A stretch of 64,000 nt of DNA from Balanoglossus misakiensis. Taxonomy: Eukaryota; Animalia; Hemichordata. Made by a program: the position numbers and the translations under genes. Location of the stretch: contig CM082577.2 of NCBI GenBank assembly GCA_040954595.2, positions 15,569,903 through 15,633,902 on the forward strand, in the 5' to 3' direction. Position 1 is the stretch's first letter. Each line of letters begins with the position of its first letter. The notes beneath the pieces were generated by a model, which ran no database searches, was not told where the DNA came from, and saw only the letters and a program-made list of their open reading frames with translations. Below are positions 1 through 15,400 of the stretch, piece after piece.

Positions 1-305
1 AGTGTAATTGCAAATTTGCCTATTCTAGAATCTTACGTGCCATTGGAGAGCTCCATTGACTGGTCATTCATACTGTTTTCATTCATTCATTGCGGCATCA
101 ATATATTTTATCTATTCTAGCCGAAGAGCTTGGCACCTGTTGAAATGAACTCATCTGCTGTGGGCCAGTTTATTGGTGGCAGTTGAGCTGAGGAGAGCAC
201 CTTCCTTCCCGGCACGCCACCAAGTAAAGTTCCACGCCGCCCACCACAGATGCCAGCATTCATTCATGCGAGTGAGTGTAATTGCAAATTTGCCTATTCT
301 AGATC

Positions 306-480
306 TGTAATGGAAATGGAGAAAGTACCTTATATTTTCTGTAAAATAGACATTTAATTGGCAAGCCGTCCTGCATCAATTATTAATTGTGTACATGCAC
401 TAAAGCGCCCTCACTGCTGGGTGTGTTGTATGGTCTTTAACCCTGTTTCAAATTAGAGTACTTTCTGCAATTTCAAGACA
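306..480. mobile_element. 175-bp MITE-like module (first copy; present in every 452-bp unit), TGT...ACA termini, flanked by GATC direct repeats
   Basis: Left end tctgtaatggaaatggagaaagtac vs reverse complement of right end tctgtcttgaaattgcagaaagtac (20/25 identical); GATC at 302-305 and 481-484. TGT..ACA with a 4-bp TSD is typical of Ginger-type elements, but the family is uncertain. Confidence 0.65.
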
Positions 481-3400
481 GATCTTACGTGCCATTGGAG
501 AGCTCCATTGACTGGTCATTCATACTGTTTTCATTCATTCATTGCGGCATCAATATATTTTATCTATTCTAGCCAAAGAGCTTGGCACCTGTTGAAATGA
601 ACTCATCTGCTGTGGGCCAGTTTATTGGTGGCAGTTGAGCTGAGGAGAGCACCTTCTTTCCCGGCACGCCACCAAGTAAAGTTCCACGCCGCCCACCACA
701 GATGCCAGCATTCATTCATGCGAGTGAGTGTAATTGCAAATTTGCCTATTCTAGAATCTTACGTGCCATTGGAGAGCTCCATTGACTGGTCATTCATACT
801 GTTTTCATTCATTCATTGCGGCATCAATATATTTTATCTATTCTAGCCAAAGAGCTTGGCACCTGTTGAAATGAACTCATCTGCTGTGGGCCAGTTTATT
901 GGTGGCAGTTGAGCTGAGGAGAGCACCTTCTTTCCCGGCACGCCACCAAGTAAAGTTCCACGCCGCCCACCACAGATGCCAGCATTCATTCATGCGAGTG
1001 AGTGTAATTGCAAATTTGCCTATTTACGTGCCATTGGAGAGCTCCATTGACTGGTCATTCATACTGTTTTCATTCATTCATTGCGGCATCAATATATTTT
1101 ATCTATTCTAGCCAAAGAGCTTGGCACCTGTTGAAATGAACTCATCTGCTGTGGGCCAGTTTATTGGTGGCAGTTGAGCTGAGGAGAGCACCTTCCTTCC
1201 CGGCACGCCACCAAGTAAAGTTCCACGCCGCCCACCACAGATGCCAGCATTCATTCATGCGAGTGAGTGTAATTGCAAATTTGCCTATTCTAGAATCTTA
1301 CGTGCCATTGGAGAGCTCCATTGACTGGTCATTCATACTGTTTTCATTCATTCATTGCGGCATCAATATATTTTATCTATTCTAGCCGAAGAGCTTGGCA
1401 CCTGTTGAAATGAACTCATCTGCTGTGGGCCAGTTTATTGGTGGCAGTTGAGCTGAGGAGAGCACCTTCCTTCCCGGCACGCCACCAAGTAAAGTTCCAC
1501 GCCGCCCACCACAGATGCCAGCATTCATTCATGCGAGTGAGTGTAATTGCAAATTTGCCTATTCTAGATCTGTAATGGAAATGGAGAAAGTACCTTATAT
1601 TTTCTGTAAAATAGACATTTAATTGGCAAGCCGTCCTGCATCAATTATTAATTGTGTACATGCACTAAAGCGCCCTCACTGCTGGGTGTGTTGTATGGTC
1701 TTTAACCCTGTTTCAAATTAGAGTACTTTCTGCAATTTCAAGACAGATCTTACGTGCCATTGGAGAGCTCCATTGACTGGTCATTCATACTGTTTTCATT
1801 CATTCATTGCGGCATCAATATATTTTATCTATTCTAGCCAAAGAGCTTGGCACCTGTTGAAATGAACTCATCTGCTGTGGGCCAGTTTATTGGTGGCAGT
1901 TGAGCTGAGGAGAGCACCTTCCTTCCCGGCACGCCACCAAGTAAAGTTCCACGCCGCCCACCACAGATGCCAGCATTCATTCATGCGAGTGAGTGTAATT
2001 GCAAATTTGCCTATTCTAGATCTGTAATGGAAATGGAGAAAGTACCTTATATTTTCTGTAAAATAGACATTTAATTGGCAAGCCGTCCTGCATCAATTAT
2101 TAATTGTGTACATGCACTAAAGCGCCCTCACTGCTGGGTGTGTTGTATGGTCTTTAACCCTGTTTCAAATTAGAGTACTTTCTGCAATTTCAAGACAGAT
2201 CTTACGTGCCATTGGAGAGCTCCATTGACTGGTCATTCATACTGTTTTCATTCATTCATTGCGGCATCAATATATTTTATCTATTCTAGCCAAAGAGCTT
2301 GGCACCTGTTGAAATGAACTCATCTGCTGTGGGCCAGTTTATTGGTGGCAGTTGAGCTGAGGAGAGCACCTTCTTTCCCGGCACGCCACCAAGTAAAGTT
2401 CCACGCCGCCCACCACAGATGCCAGCATTCATTCATGCGAGTGAGTGTAATTGCAAATTTGCCTATTCTAGATCTGTAATGGAAATGGAGAAAGTACCTT
2501 ATATTTTCTGTAAAATAGACATTTAATTGGCAAGCCGTCCTGCATCAATTATTAATTGTGTACATGCACTAAAGCGCCCTCACTGCTGGGTGTGTTGTAT
2601 GGTCTTTAACCCTGTTTCAAATTAGAGTACTTTCTGCAATTTCAAGACAGATCTTACGTGCCATTGGAGAGCTCCATTGACTGGTCATTCATACTGTTTT
2701 CATTCATTCATTGCGGCATCAATATATTTTATCTATTCTAGCCAAAGAGCTTGGCACCTGTTGAAATGAACTCATCTGCTGTGGGCCAGTTTATTGGTGG
2801 CAGTTGAGCTGAGGAGAGCACCTTCCTTCCCGGCACGCCACCAAGTAAAGTTCCACGCCGCCCACCACAGATGCCAGCATTCATTCATGCGAGTGAGTGT
2901 AATTGCAAATTTGCCTATTCTAGATCTGTAATGGAAATGGAGAAAGTACCTTATATTTTCTGTAAAATAGACATTTAATTGGCAAGCCGTCCTGCATCAA
3001 TTATTAATTGTGTACATGCACTAAAGCGCCCTCACTGCTGGGTGTGTTGTATGGTCTTTAACCCTGTTTCAAATTAGAGTACTTTCTGCAATTTCAAGAC
3101 AGATCTTACGTGCCATTGGAGAGCTCCATTGACTGGTCATTCATACTGTTTTCATTCATTCATTGCGGCATCAATATATTTTATCTATTCTAGCCAAAGA
3201 GCTTGGCACCTGTTGAAATGAACTCATCTGCTGTGGGCCAGTTTATTGGTGGCAGTTGAGCTGAGGAGAGCACCTTCCTTCCCGGCACGCCACCAAGTAA
3301 AGTTCCACGCCGCCCACCACAGATGCCAGCATTCATTCATGCGAGTGAGTGTAATTGCAAATTTGCCTATTCTAGAATTCTTACGTGCCATTGGAGAGCT

Positions 3401-6400
3401 CCATTGACTGGTCATTCATACTGTTTTCATTCATTCATTGCGGCATCAATATATTTTATCTATTCTAGCCAAAGAGCTTGGCACCTGTTGAAATGAACTC
3501 ATCTGCTGTGGGCCAGTTTATTGGTGGCAGTTGAGCTGAGGAGAGCACCTTCCTTCCCGGCACGCCACCAAGTAAAGTTCCACGCCGCCCACCACAGATG
3601 CCAGCATTCATTCATGCGAGTGAGTGTAATTGCAAATTTGCCTATTCTAGATCTGTAATGGAAATGGAGAAAGTACCTTATATTTTCTGTAAAATAGACA
3701 TTTAATTGGCAAGCCGTCCTGCATCAATTATTAATTGTGTACATGCACTAAAGCGCCCTCACTGCTGGGTGTGTTGTATGGTCTTTAACCCTGTTTCAAA
3801 TTAGAGTACTTTCTGCAATTTCAAGACAGATCTTACGTGCCATTGGAGAGCTCCATTGACTGGTCATTCATACTGTTTTCATTCATTCATTGCGGCATCA
3901 ATATATTTTATCTATTCTAGCCAAAGAGCTTGGCACCTGTTGAAATGAACTCATCTGCTGTGGGCCAGTTTATTGGTGGCAGTTGAGCTGAGGAGAGCAC
4001 CTTCTTTCCCGGCACGCCACCAAGTAAAGTTCCACGCCGCCCACCACAGATGCCAGCATTCATTCATGCGAGTGAGTGTAATTGCAAATTTGCCTATTCT
4101 AGAATCTTACGTGCCATTGGAGAGCTCCATTGACTGGTCATTCATACTGTTTTCATTCATTCATTGCGGCATCAATATATTTTATCTATTCTAGCCAAAG
4201 AGCTTGGCACCTGTTGAAATGAACTCATCTGCTGTGGGCCAGTTTATTGGTGGCAGTTGAGCTGAGGAGAGCACCTTCTTTCCCGGCACGCCACCAAGTA
4301 AAGTTCCACGCCGCCCACCACAGATGCCAGCATTCATTCATGCGAGTGAGTGTAATTGCAAATTTGCCTATTTACGTGCCATTGGAGAGCTCCATTGACT
4401 GGTCATTCATACTGTTTTCATTCATTCATTGCGGCATCAATATATTTTATCTATTCTAGCCAAAGAGCTTGGCACCTGTTGAAATGAACTCATCTGCTGT
4501 GGGCCAGTTTATTGGTGGCAGTTGAGCTGAGGAGAGCACCTTCCTTCCCGGCACGCCACCAAGTAAAGTTCCACGCCGCCCACCACAGATGCCAGCATTC
4601 ATTCATGCGAGTGAGTGTAATTGCAAATTTGCCTATTCTAGATCTGTAATGGAAATGGAGAAAGTACCTTATATTTTCTGTAAAATAGACATTTAATTGG
4701 CAAGCCGTCCTGCATCAATTATTAATTGTGTACATGCACTAAAGCGCCCTCACTGCTGGGTGTGTTGTATGGTCTTTAACCCTGTTTCAAATTAGAGTAC
4801 TTTCTGCAATTTCAAGACAGATCTTACGTGCCATTGGAGAGCTCCATTGACTGGTCATTCATACTGTTTTCATTCATTCATTGCGGCATCAATATATTTT
4901 ATCTATTCTAGCCAAAGAGCTTGGCACCTGTTGAAATGAACTCATCTGCTGTGGGCCAGTTTATTGGTGGCAGTTGAGCTGAGGAGAGCACCTTCTTTCC
5001 CGGCACGCCACCAAGTAAAGTTCCACGCCGCCCACCACAGATGCCAGCATTCATTCATGCGAGTGAGTGTAATTGCAAATTTGCCTATTCTAGAATCTTA
5101 CGTGCCATTGGAGAGCTCCATTGACTGGTCATTCATACTGTTTTCATTTATTCATTGCGGCATCAATATATTTTATCTATTCTAGCCAAAGAGCTTGGCA
5201 CCTGTTGAAATGAACTCATCTGCTGTGGGCCAGTTTATTGGTGGCAGTTGAGCTGAGGAGAGCACCTTCTTTCCCGGCACGCCACCAAGTAAAGTTCCAC
5301 GCCGCCCACCACAGATGCCAGCATTCATTCATGCGAGTGAGTGTAATTGCAAATTTGCCTATTCTAGAATCTTACGTGCCATTGGAGAGCTCCATTGACT
5401 GGTCATTCATACTGTTTTCATTCATTCATTGCAGCATCAATATATTTTATCTATTCTAGCCAAAGAGCTTGGCACCTGTTGAAATGAACTCATCTGCTGT
5501 GGGCCAGTTTATTGGTGGCAGTTGAGCTGAGGAGAGCACCTTCCTTCCCGGCACGCCACCAAGTAAAGTTCCACGCCGCCCACCACAGATGCCAGCATTC
5601 ATTCATGCGAGTGAGTGTAATTGCAAATTTGCCTATTCTAGAATCTTACGTGCCATTGGAGAGCTCCATTGACTGGTCATTCATACTGTTTTCATTCATT
5701 CATTGCGGCATCAATATATTTTATCTATTCTAGCCAAAGAGCTTGGCACCTGTTGAAATGAACTCATCTGCTGTGGGCCAGTTTATTGGTGGCAGTTGAG
5801 CTGAGGAGAGCACCTTCCTTCCCGGCACGCCACCAAGTAAAGTTCCACGCCGCCCACCACAGATGCCAGCATTCATTCATGCGAGTGAGTGTAATTGCAA
5901 ATTTGCCTATTCTAGAATCTTACGTGCCATTGGAGAGCTCCATTGACTGGTCATTCATACTGTTTTCATTCATTCATTGCGGCATCAATATATTTTATCT
6001 ATTCTAGCCGAAGAGCTTGGCACCTGTTGAAATGAACTCATCTGCTGTGGGCCAGTTTATTGGTGGCAGTTGAGCTGAGGAGAGCACCTTCCTTCCCGGC
6101 ACGCCACCAAGTAAAGTTCCACGCCGCCCACCACAGATGCCAGCATTCATTCATGCGAGTGAGTGTAATTGCAAATTTGCCTATTCTAGATCTGTAATGG
6201 AAATGGAGAAAGTACCTTATATTTTCTGTAAAATAGACATTTAATTGGCAAGCCGTCCTGCATCAATTATTAATTGTGTACATGCACTAAAGCGCCCTCA
6301 CTGCTGGGTGTGTTGTATGGTCTTTAACCCTGTTTCAAATTAGAGTACTTTCTGCAATTTCAAGACAGATCTTACGTGCCATTGGAGAGCTCCATTGACT

Positions 6401-9400
6401 GGTCATTCATACTGTTTTCATTCATTCATTGCGGCATCAATATATTTTATCTATTCTAGCCAAAGAGCTTGGCACCTGTTGAAATGAACTCATCTGCTGT
6501 GGGCCAGTTTATTGGTGGCAGTTGAGCTGAGGAGAGCACCTTCCTTCCCGGCACGCCACCAAGTAAAGTTCCACGCCGCCCACCACAGATGCCAGCATTC
6601 ATTCATGCGAGTGAGTGTAATTGCAAATTTGCCTATTCTAGATTCTTACGTGCCATTGGAGAGCTCCATTGACTGGTCATTCATACTGTTTTCATTCATT
6701 CATTGCGGCATCAATATATTTTATCTATTCTAGCCAAAGAGCTTGGCACCTGTTGAAATGAACTCATCTGCTGTGGGCCAGTTTATTGGTGGCAGTTGAG
6801 CTGAGGAGAGCACCTTCCTTCCCGGCACGCCACCAAGTAAAGTTCCACGCCGCCCACCACAGATGCCAGCATTCATTCATGCGAGTGAGTGTAATTGCAA
6901 ATTTGCCTATTCTAGAATCTTACGTGCCATTGGAGAGCTCCATTGACTGGTCATTCATACTGTTTTCATTCATTCATTGCGGCATCAATATATTTTATCT
7001 ATTCTAGCCAAAGAGCTTGGCACCTGTTGAAATGAACTCATCTGCTGTGGGCCAGTTTATTGGTGGCAGTTGAGCTGAGGAGAGCACCTTCCTTCCCGGC
7101 ACGCCACCAAGTAAAGTTCCACGCCGCCCACCACAGATGCCAGCATTCATTCATGCGAGTGAGTGTAATTGCAAATTTGCCTATTCTAGATCTGTAATGG
7201 AAATGGAGAAAGTACCTTATATTTTCTGTAAAATAGACATTTAATTGGCAAGCCGTCCTGCATCAATTATTAATTGTGTACATGCACTAAAGCGCCCTCA
7301 CTGCTGGGTGTGTTGTATGGTCTTTAACCCTGTTTCAAATTAGAGTACTTTCTGCAATTTCAAGACAGATCTTACGTGCCATTGGAGAGCTCCATTGACT
7401 GGTCATTCATACTGTTTTCATTCATTCATTGCGGCATCAATATATTTTATCTATTCTAGCCAAAGAGCTTGGCACCTGTTGAAATGAACTCATCTGCTGT
7501 GGGCCAGTTTATTGGTGGCAGTTGAGCTGAGGAGAGCACCTTCCTTCCCGGCACGCCACCAAGTAAAGTTCCACGCCGCCCACCACAGATGCCAGCATTC
7601 ATTCATGCGAGTGAGTGTAATTGCAAATTTGCCTATTCTAGATCTGTAATGGAAATGGAGAAAGTACCTTATATTTTCTGTAAAATAGACATTTAATTGG
7701 CAAGCCGTCCTGCATCAATTATTAATTGTGTACATGCACTAAAGCGCCCTCACTGCTGGGTGTGTTGTATGGTCTTTAACCCTGTTTCAAATTAGAGTAC
7801 TTTCTGCAATTTCAAGACAGATCTTACGTGCCATTGGAGAGCTCCATTGACTGGTCATTCATACTGTTTTCATTCATTCATTGCGGCATCAATATATTTT
7901 ATCTATTCTAGCCAAAGAGCTTGGCACCTGTTGAAATGAACTCATCTGCTGTGGGCCAGTTTATTGGTGGCAGTTGAGCTGAGGAGAGCACCTTCCTTCC
8001 CGGCACGCCACCAAGTAAAGTTCCACGCCGCCCACCACAGATGCCAGCATTCATTCATGCGAGTGAGTGTAATTGCAAATTTGCCTATTCTAGATCTGTA
8101 ATGGAAATGGAGAAAGTACCTTATATTTTCTGTAAAATAGACATTTAATTGGCAAGCCGTCCTGCATCAATTATTAATTGTGTACATGCACTAAAGCGCC
8201 CTCACTGCTGGGTGTGTTGTATGGTCTTTAACCCTGTTTCAAATTAGAGTACTTTCTGCAATTTCAAGACAGATCTTACGTGCCATTGGAGAGCTCCATT
8301 GACTGGTCATTCATACTGTTTTCATTCATTCATTGCGGCATCAATATATTTTATCTATTCTAGCCAAAGAGCTTGGCACCTGTTGAAATGAACTCATCTG
8401 CTGTGGGCCAGTTTATTGGTGGCAGTTGAGCTGAGGAGAGCACCTTCCTTCCCGGCACGCCACCAAGTAAAGTTCCACGCCGCCCACCACAGATGCCAGC
8501 ATTCATTCATGCGAGTGAGTGTAATTGCAAATTTGCCTATTCTAGATCTGTAATGGAAATGGAGAAAGTACCTTATATTTTCTGTAAAATAGACATTTAA
8601 TTGGCAAGCCGTCCTGCATCAATTATTAATTGTGTACATGCACTAAAGCGCCCTCACTGCTGGGTGTGTTGTATGGTCTTTAACCCTGTTTCAAATTAGA
8701 GTACTTTCTGCAATTTCAAGACAGATCTTACGTGCCATTGGAGAGCTCCATTGACTGGTCATTCATACTGTTTTCATTCATTCATTGCGGCATCAATATA
8801 TTTTATCTATTCTAGCCAAAGAGCTTGGCACCTGTTGAAATGAACTCATCTGCTGTGGGCCAGTTTATTGGTGGCAGTTGAGCTGAGGAGAGCACCTTCC
8901 TTCCCGGCACGCCACCAAGTAAAGTTCCACGCCGCCCACCACAGATGCCAGCATTCATTCATGCGAGTGAGTGTAATTGCAAATTTGCCTATTCTAGATC
9001 TGTAATGGAAATGGAGAAAGTACCTTATATTTTCTGTAAAATAGACATTTAATTGGCAAGCCGTCCTGCATCAATTATTAATTGTGTACATGCACTAAAG
9101 CGCCCTCACTGCTGGGTGTGTTGTATGGTCTTTAACCCTGTTTCAAATTAGAGTACTTTCTGCAATTTCAAGACAGATCTTACGTGCCATTGGAGAGCTC
9201 CATTGACTGGTCATTCATACTGTTTTCATTCATTCATTGCGGCATCAATATATTTTATCTATTCTAGCCAAAGAGCTTGGCACCTGTTGAAATGAACTCA
9301 TCTGCTGTGGGCCAGTTTATTGGTGGCAGTTGAGCTGAGGAGAGCACCTTCCTTCCCGGCACGCCACCAAGTAAAGTTCCACGCCGCCCACCACAGATGC

Positions 9401-12400
9401 CAGCATTCATTCATGCGAGTGAGTGTAATTGCAAATTTGCCTATTCTAGATCTGTAATGGAAATGGAGAAAGTACCTTATATTTTCTGTAAAATAGACAT
9501 TTAATTGGCAAGCCGTCCTGCATCAATTATTAATTGTGTACATGCACTAAAGCGCCCTCACTGCTGGGTGTGTTGTATGGTCTTTAACCCTGTTTCAAAT
9601 TAGAGTACTTTCTGCAATTTCAAGACAGATCTTACGTGCCATTGGAGAGCTCCATTGACTGGTCATTCATACTGTTTTCATTCATTCATTGCGGCATCAA
9701 TATATTTTATCTATTCTAGCCAAAGAGCTTGGCACCTGTTGAAATGAACTCATCTGCTGTGGGCCAGTTTATTGGTGGCAGTTGAGCTGAGGAGAGCACC
9801 TTCTTTCCCGGCACGCCACCAAGTAAAGTTCCACGCCGCCCACCACAGATGCCAGCATTCATTCATGCGAGTGAGTGTAATTGCAAATTTGCCTATTTAC
9901 GTGCCATTGGAGAGCTCCATTGACTGGTCATTCATACTGTTTTCATTCATTCATTGCGGCATCAATATATTTTATCTATTCTAGCCAAAGAGCTTGGCAC
10001 CTGTTGAAATGAACTCATCTGCTGTGGGCCAGTTTATTGGTGGCAGTTGAGCTGAGGAGAGCACCTTCCTTCCCGGCACGCCACCAAGTAAAGTTCCACG
10101 CCGCCCACCACAGATGCCAGCATTCATTCATGCGAGTGAGTGTAATTGCAAATTTGCCTATTCTAGATCTGTAATGGAAATGGAGAAAGTACCTTATATT
10201 TTCTGTAAAATAGACATTTAATTGGCAAGCCGTCCTGCATCAATTATTAATTGTGTACATGCACTAAAGCGCCCTCACTGCTGGGTGTGTTGTATGGTCT
10301 TTAACCCTGTTTCAAATTAGAGTACTTTCTGCAATTTCAAGACAGATCTTACGTGCCATTGGAGAGCTCCATTGACTGGTCATTCATACTGTTTTCATTC
10401 ATTCATTGCGGCATCAATATATTTTATCTATTCTAGCCAAAGAGCTTGGCACCTGTTGAAATGAACTCATCTGCTGTGGGCCAGTTTATTGGTGGCAGTT
10501 GAGCTGAGGAGAGCACCTTCCTTCCCGGCACGCCACCAAGTAAAGTTCCACGCCGCCCACCACAGATGCCAGCATTCATTCATGCGAGTGAGTGTAATTG
10601 CAAATTTGCCTATTCTAGAATTCTTACGTGCCATTGGAGAGCTCCATTGACTGGTCATTCATACTGTTTTCATTCATTCATTGCGGCATCAATATATTTT
10701 ATCTATTCTAGCCAAAGAGCTTGGCACCTGTTGAAATGAACTCATCTGCTGTGGGCCAGTTTATTGGTGGCAGTTGAGCTGAGGAGAGCACCTTCCTTCC
10801 CGGCACGCCACCAAGTAAAGTTCCACGCCGCCCACCACAGATGCCAGCATTCATTCATGCGAGTGAGTGTAATTGCAAATTTGCCTATTCTAGATCTGTA
10901 ATGGAAATGGAGAAAGTACCTTATATTTTCTGTAAAATAGACATTTAATTGGCAAGCCGTCCTGCATCAATTATTAATTGTGTACATGCACTAAAGCGCC
11001 CTCACTGCTGGGTGTGTTGTATGGTCTTTAACCCTGTTTCAAATTAGAGTACTTTCTGCAATTTCAAGACAGATCTTACGTGCCATTGGAGAGCTCCATT
11101 GACTGGTCATTCATACTGTTTTCATTCATTCATTGCGGCATCAATATATTTTATCTATTCTAGCCAAAGAGCTTGGCACCTGTTGAAATGAACTCATCTG
11201 CTGTGGGCCAGTTTATTGGTGGCAGTTGAGCTGAGGAGAGCACCTTCTTTCCCGGCACGCCACCAAGTAAAGTTCCACGCCGCCCACCACAGATGCCAGC
11301 ATTCATTCATGCGAGTGAGTGTAATTGCAAATTTGCCTATTCTAGAATCTTACGTGCCATTGGAGAGCTCCATTGACTGGTCATTCATACTGTTTTCATT
11401 CATTCATTGCGGCATCAATATATTTTATCTATTCTAGCCAAAGAGCTTGGCACCTGTTGAAATGAACTCATCTGCTGTGGGCCAGTTTATTGGTGGCAGT
11501 TGAGCTGAGGAGAGCACCTTCTTTCCCGGCACGCCACCAAGTAAAGTTCCACGCCGCCCACCACAGATGCCAGCATTCATTCATGCGAGTGAGTGTAATT
11601 GCAAATTTGCCTATTTACGTGCCATTGGAGAGCTCCATTGACTGGTCATTCATACTGTTTTCATTCATTCATTGCGGCATCAATATATTTTATCTATTCT
11701 AGCCAAAGAGCTTGGCACCTGTTGAAATGAACTCATCTGCTGTGGGCCAGTTTATTGGTGGCAGTTGAGCTGAGGAGAGCACCTTCCTTCCCGGCACGCC
11801 ACCAAGTAAAGTTCCACGCCGCCCACCACAGATGCCAGCATTCATTCATGCGAGTGAGTGTAATTGCAAATTTGCCTATTCTAGATCTGTAATGGAAATG
11901 GAGAAAGTACCTTATATTTTCTGTAAAATAGACATTTAATTGGCAAGCCGTCCTGCATCAATTATTAATTGTGTACATGCACTAAAGCGCCCTCACTGCT
12001 GGGTGTGTTGTATGGTCTTTAACCCTGTTTCAAATTAGAGTACTTTCTGCAATTTCAAGACAGATCTTACGTGCCATTGGAGAGCTCCATTGACTGGTCA
12101 TTCATACTGTTTTCATTCATTCATTGCGGCATCAATATATTTTATCTATTCTAGCCAAAGAGCTTGGCACCTGTTGAAATGAACTCATCTGCTGTGGGCC
12201 AGTTTATTGGTGGCAGTTGAGCTGAGGAGAGCACCTTCTTTCCCGGCACGCCACCAAGTAAAGTTCCACGCCGCCCACCACAGATGCCAGCATTCATTCA
12301 TGCGAGTGAGTGTAATTGCAAATTTGCCTATTCTAGAATCTTACGTGCCATTGGAGAGCTCCATTGACTGGTCATTCATACTGTTTTCATTCATTCATTG

Positions 12401-15400
12401 CGGCATCAATATATTTTATCTATTCTAGCCAAAGAGCTTGGCACCTGTTGAAATGAACTCATCTGCTGTGGGCCAGTTTATTGGTGGCAGTTGAGCTGAG
12501 GAGAGCACCTTCTTTCCCGGCACGCCACCAAGTAAAGTTCCACGCCGCCCACCACAGATGCCAGCATTCATTCATGCGAGTGAGTGTAATTGCAAATTTG
12601 CCTATTCTAGAATCTTACGTGCCATTGGAGAGCTCCATTGACTGGTCATTCATACTGTTTTCATTCATTCATTGCGGCATCAATATATTTTATCTATTCT
12701 AGCCAAAGAGCTTGGCACCTGTTGAAATGAACTCATCTGCTGTGGGCCAGTTTATTGGTGGCAGTTGAGCTGAGGAGAGCACCTTCCTTCCCGGCACGCC
12801 ACCAAGTAAAGTTCCACGCCGCCCACCACAGATGCCAGCATTCATTCATGCGAGTGAGTGTAATTGCAAATTTGCCTATTCTAGAATCTTACGTGCCATT
12901 GGAGAGCTCCATTGACTGGTCATTCATACTGTTTTCATTCATTCATTGCGGCATCAATATATTTTATCTATTCTAGCCAAAGAGCTTGGCACCTGTTGAA
13001 ATGAACTCATCTGCTGTGGGCCAGTTTATTGGTGGCAGTTGAGCTGAGGAGAGCACCTTCCTTCCCGGCACGCCACCAAGTAAAGTTCCACGCCGCCCAC
13101 CACAGATGCCAGCATTCATTCATGCGAGTGAGTGTAATTGCAAATTTGCCTATTCTAGAATCTTACGTGCCATTGGAGAGCTCCATTGACTGGTCATTCA
13201 TACTGTTTTCATTCATTCATTGCGGCATCAATATATTTTATCTATTCTAGCCGAAGAGCTTGGCACCTGTTGAAATGAACTCATCTGCTGTGGGCCAGTT
13301 TATTGGTGGCAGTTGAGCTGAGGAGAGCACCTTCCTTCCCGGCACGCCACCAAGTAAAGTTCCACGCCGCCCACCACAGATGCCAGCATTCATTCATGCG
13401 AGTGAGTGTAATTGCAAATTTGCCTATTCTAGATCTGTAATGGAAATGGAGAAAGTACCTTATATTTTCTGTAAAATAGACATTTAATTGGCAAGCCGTC
13501 CTGCATCAATTATTAATTGTGTACATGCACTAAAGCGCCCTCACTGCTGGGTGTGTTGTATGGTCTTTAACCCTGTTTCAAATTAGAGTACTTTCTGCAA
13601 TTTCAAGACAGATCTTACGTGCCATTGGAGAGCTCCATTGACTGGTCATTCATACTGTTTTCATTCATTCATTGCGGCATCAATATATTTTATCTATTCT
13701 AGCCAAAGAGCTTGGCACCTGTTGAAATGAACTCATCTGCTGTGGGCCAGTTTATTGGTGGCAGTAGAGCTGAGGAGAGCACCTTCCTTCCCGGCACGCC
13801 ACCAAGTAAAGTTCCACGCCGCCCACCACAGATGCCAGCATTCATTCATGCGAGTGAGTGTAATTGCAAATTTGCCTATTCTAGATTCTTACGTGCCATT
13901 GGAGAGCTCCATTGACTGGTCATTCATACTGTTTTCATTCATTCATTGCGGCATCAATATATTTTATCTATTCTAGCCAAAGAGCTTGGCACCTGTTGAA
14001 ATGAACTCATCTGCTGTGGGCCAGTTTATTGGTGGCAGTTGAGCTGAGGAGAGCACCTTCCTTCCCGGCACGCCACCAAGTAAAGTTCCACGCCGCCCAC
14101 CACAGATGCCAGCATTCATTCATGCGAGTGAGTGTAATTGCAAATTTGCCTATTCTAGAATCTTACGTGCCATTGGAGAGCTCCATTGACTGGTCATTCA
14201 TACTGTTTTCATTCATTCATTGCGGCATCAATATATTTTATCTATTCTAGCCAAAGAGCTTGGCACCTGTTGAAATGAACTCATCTGCTGTGGGCCAGTT
14301 TATTGGTGGCAGTTGAGCTGAGGAGAGCACCTTCCTTCCCGGCACGCCACCAAGTAAAGTTCCACGCCGCCCACCACAGATGCCAGCATTCATTCATGCG
14401 AGTGAGTGTAATTGCAAATTTGCCTATTCTAGATCTGTAATGGAAATGGAGAAAGTACCTTATATTTTCTGTAAAATAGACATTTAATTGGCAAGCCGTC
14501 CTGCATCAATTATTAATTGTGTACATGCACTAAAGCGCCCTCACTGCTGGGTGTGTTGTATGGTCTTTAACCCTGTTTCAAATTAGAGTACTTTCTGCAA
14601 TTTCAAGACAGATCTTACGTGCCATTGGAGAGCTCCATTGACTGGTCATTCATACTGTTTTCATTCATTCATTGCGGCATCAATATATTTTATCTATTCT
14701 AGCCAAAGAGCTTGGCACCTGTTGAAATGAACTCATCTGCTGTGGGCCAGTTTATTGGTGGCAGTTGAGCTGAGGAGAGCACCTTCCTTCCCGGCACGCC
14801 ACCAAGTAAAGTTCCACGCCGCCCACCACAGATGCCAGCATTCATTCATGCGAGTGAGTGTAATTGCAAATTTGCCTATTCTAGATCTGTAATGGAAATG
14901 GAGAAAGTACCTTATATTTTCTGTAAAATAGACATTTAATTGGCAAGCCGTCCTGCATCAATTATTAATTGTGTACATGCACTAAAGCGCCCTCACTGCT
15001 GGGTGTGTTGTATGGTCTTTAACCCTGTTTCAAATTAGAGTACTTTCTGCAATTTCAAGACAGATCTTACGTGCCATTGGAGAGCTCCATTGACTGGTCA
15101 TTCATACTGTTTTCATTCATTCATTGCGGCATCAATATATTTTATCTATTCTAGCCAAAGAGCTTGGCACCTGTTGAAATGAACTCATCTGCTGTGGGCC
15201 AGTTTATTGGTGGCAGTTGAGCTGAGGAGAGCACCTTCCTTCCCGGCACGCCACCAAGTAAAGTTCCACGCCGCCCACCACAGATGCCAGCATTCATTCA
15301 TGCGAGTGAGTGTAATTGCAAATTTGCCTATTCTAGATCTGTAATGGAAATGGAGAAAGTACCTTATATTTTCTGTAAAATAGACATTTAATTGGCAAGC

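Noticed and set aside
184-186. In-frame TGA aligning with Cys in the diverged copy (selenocysteine?)
   Set aside because: Neighbouring Cys residues are not conserved, no SECIS was identified, and there is no evidence the frame is coding.
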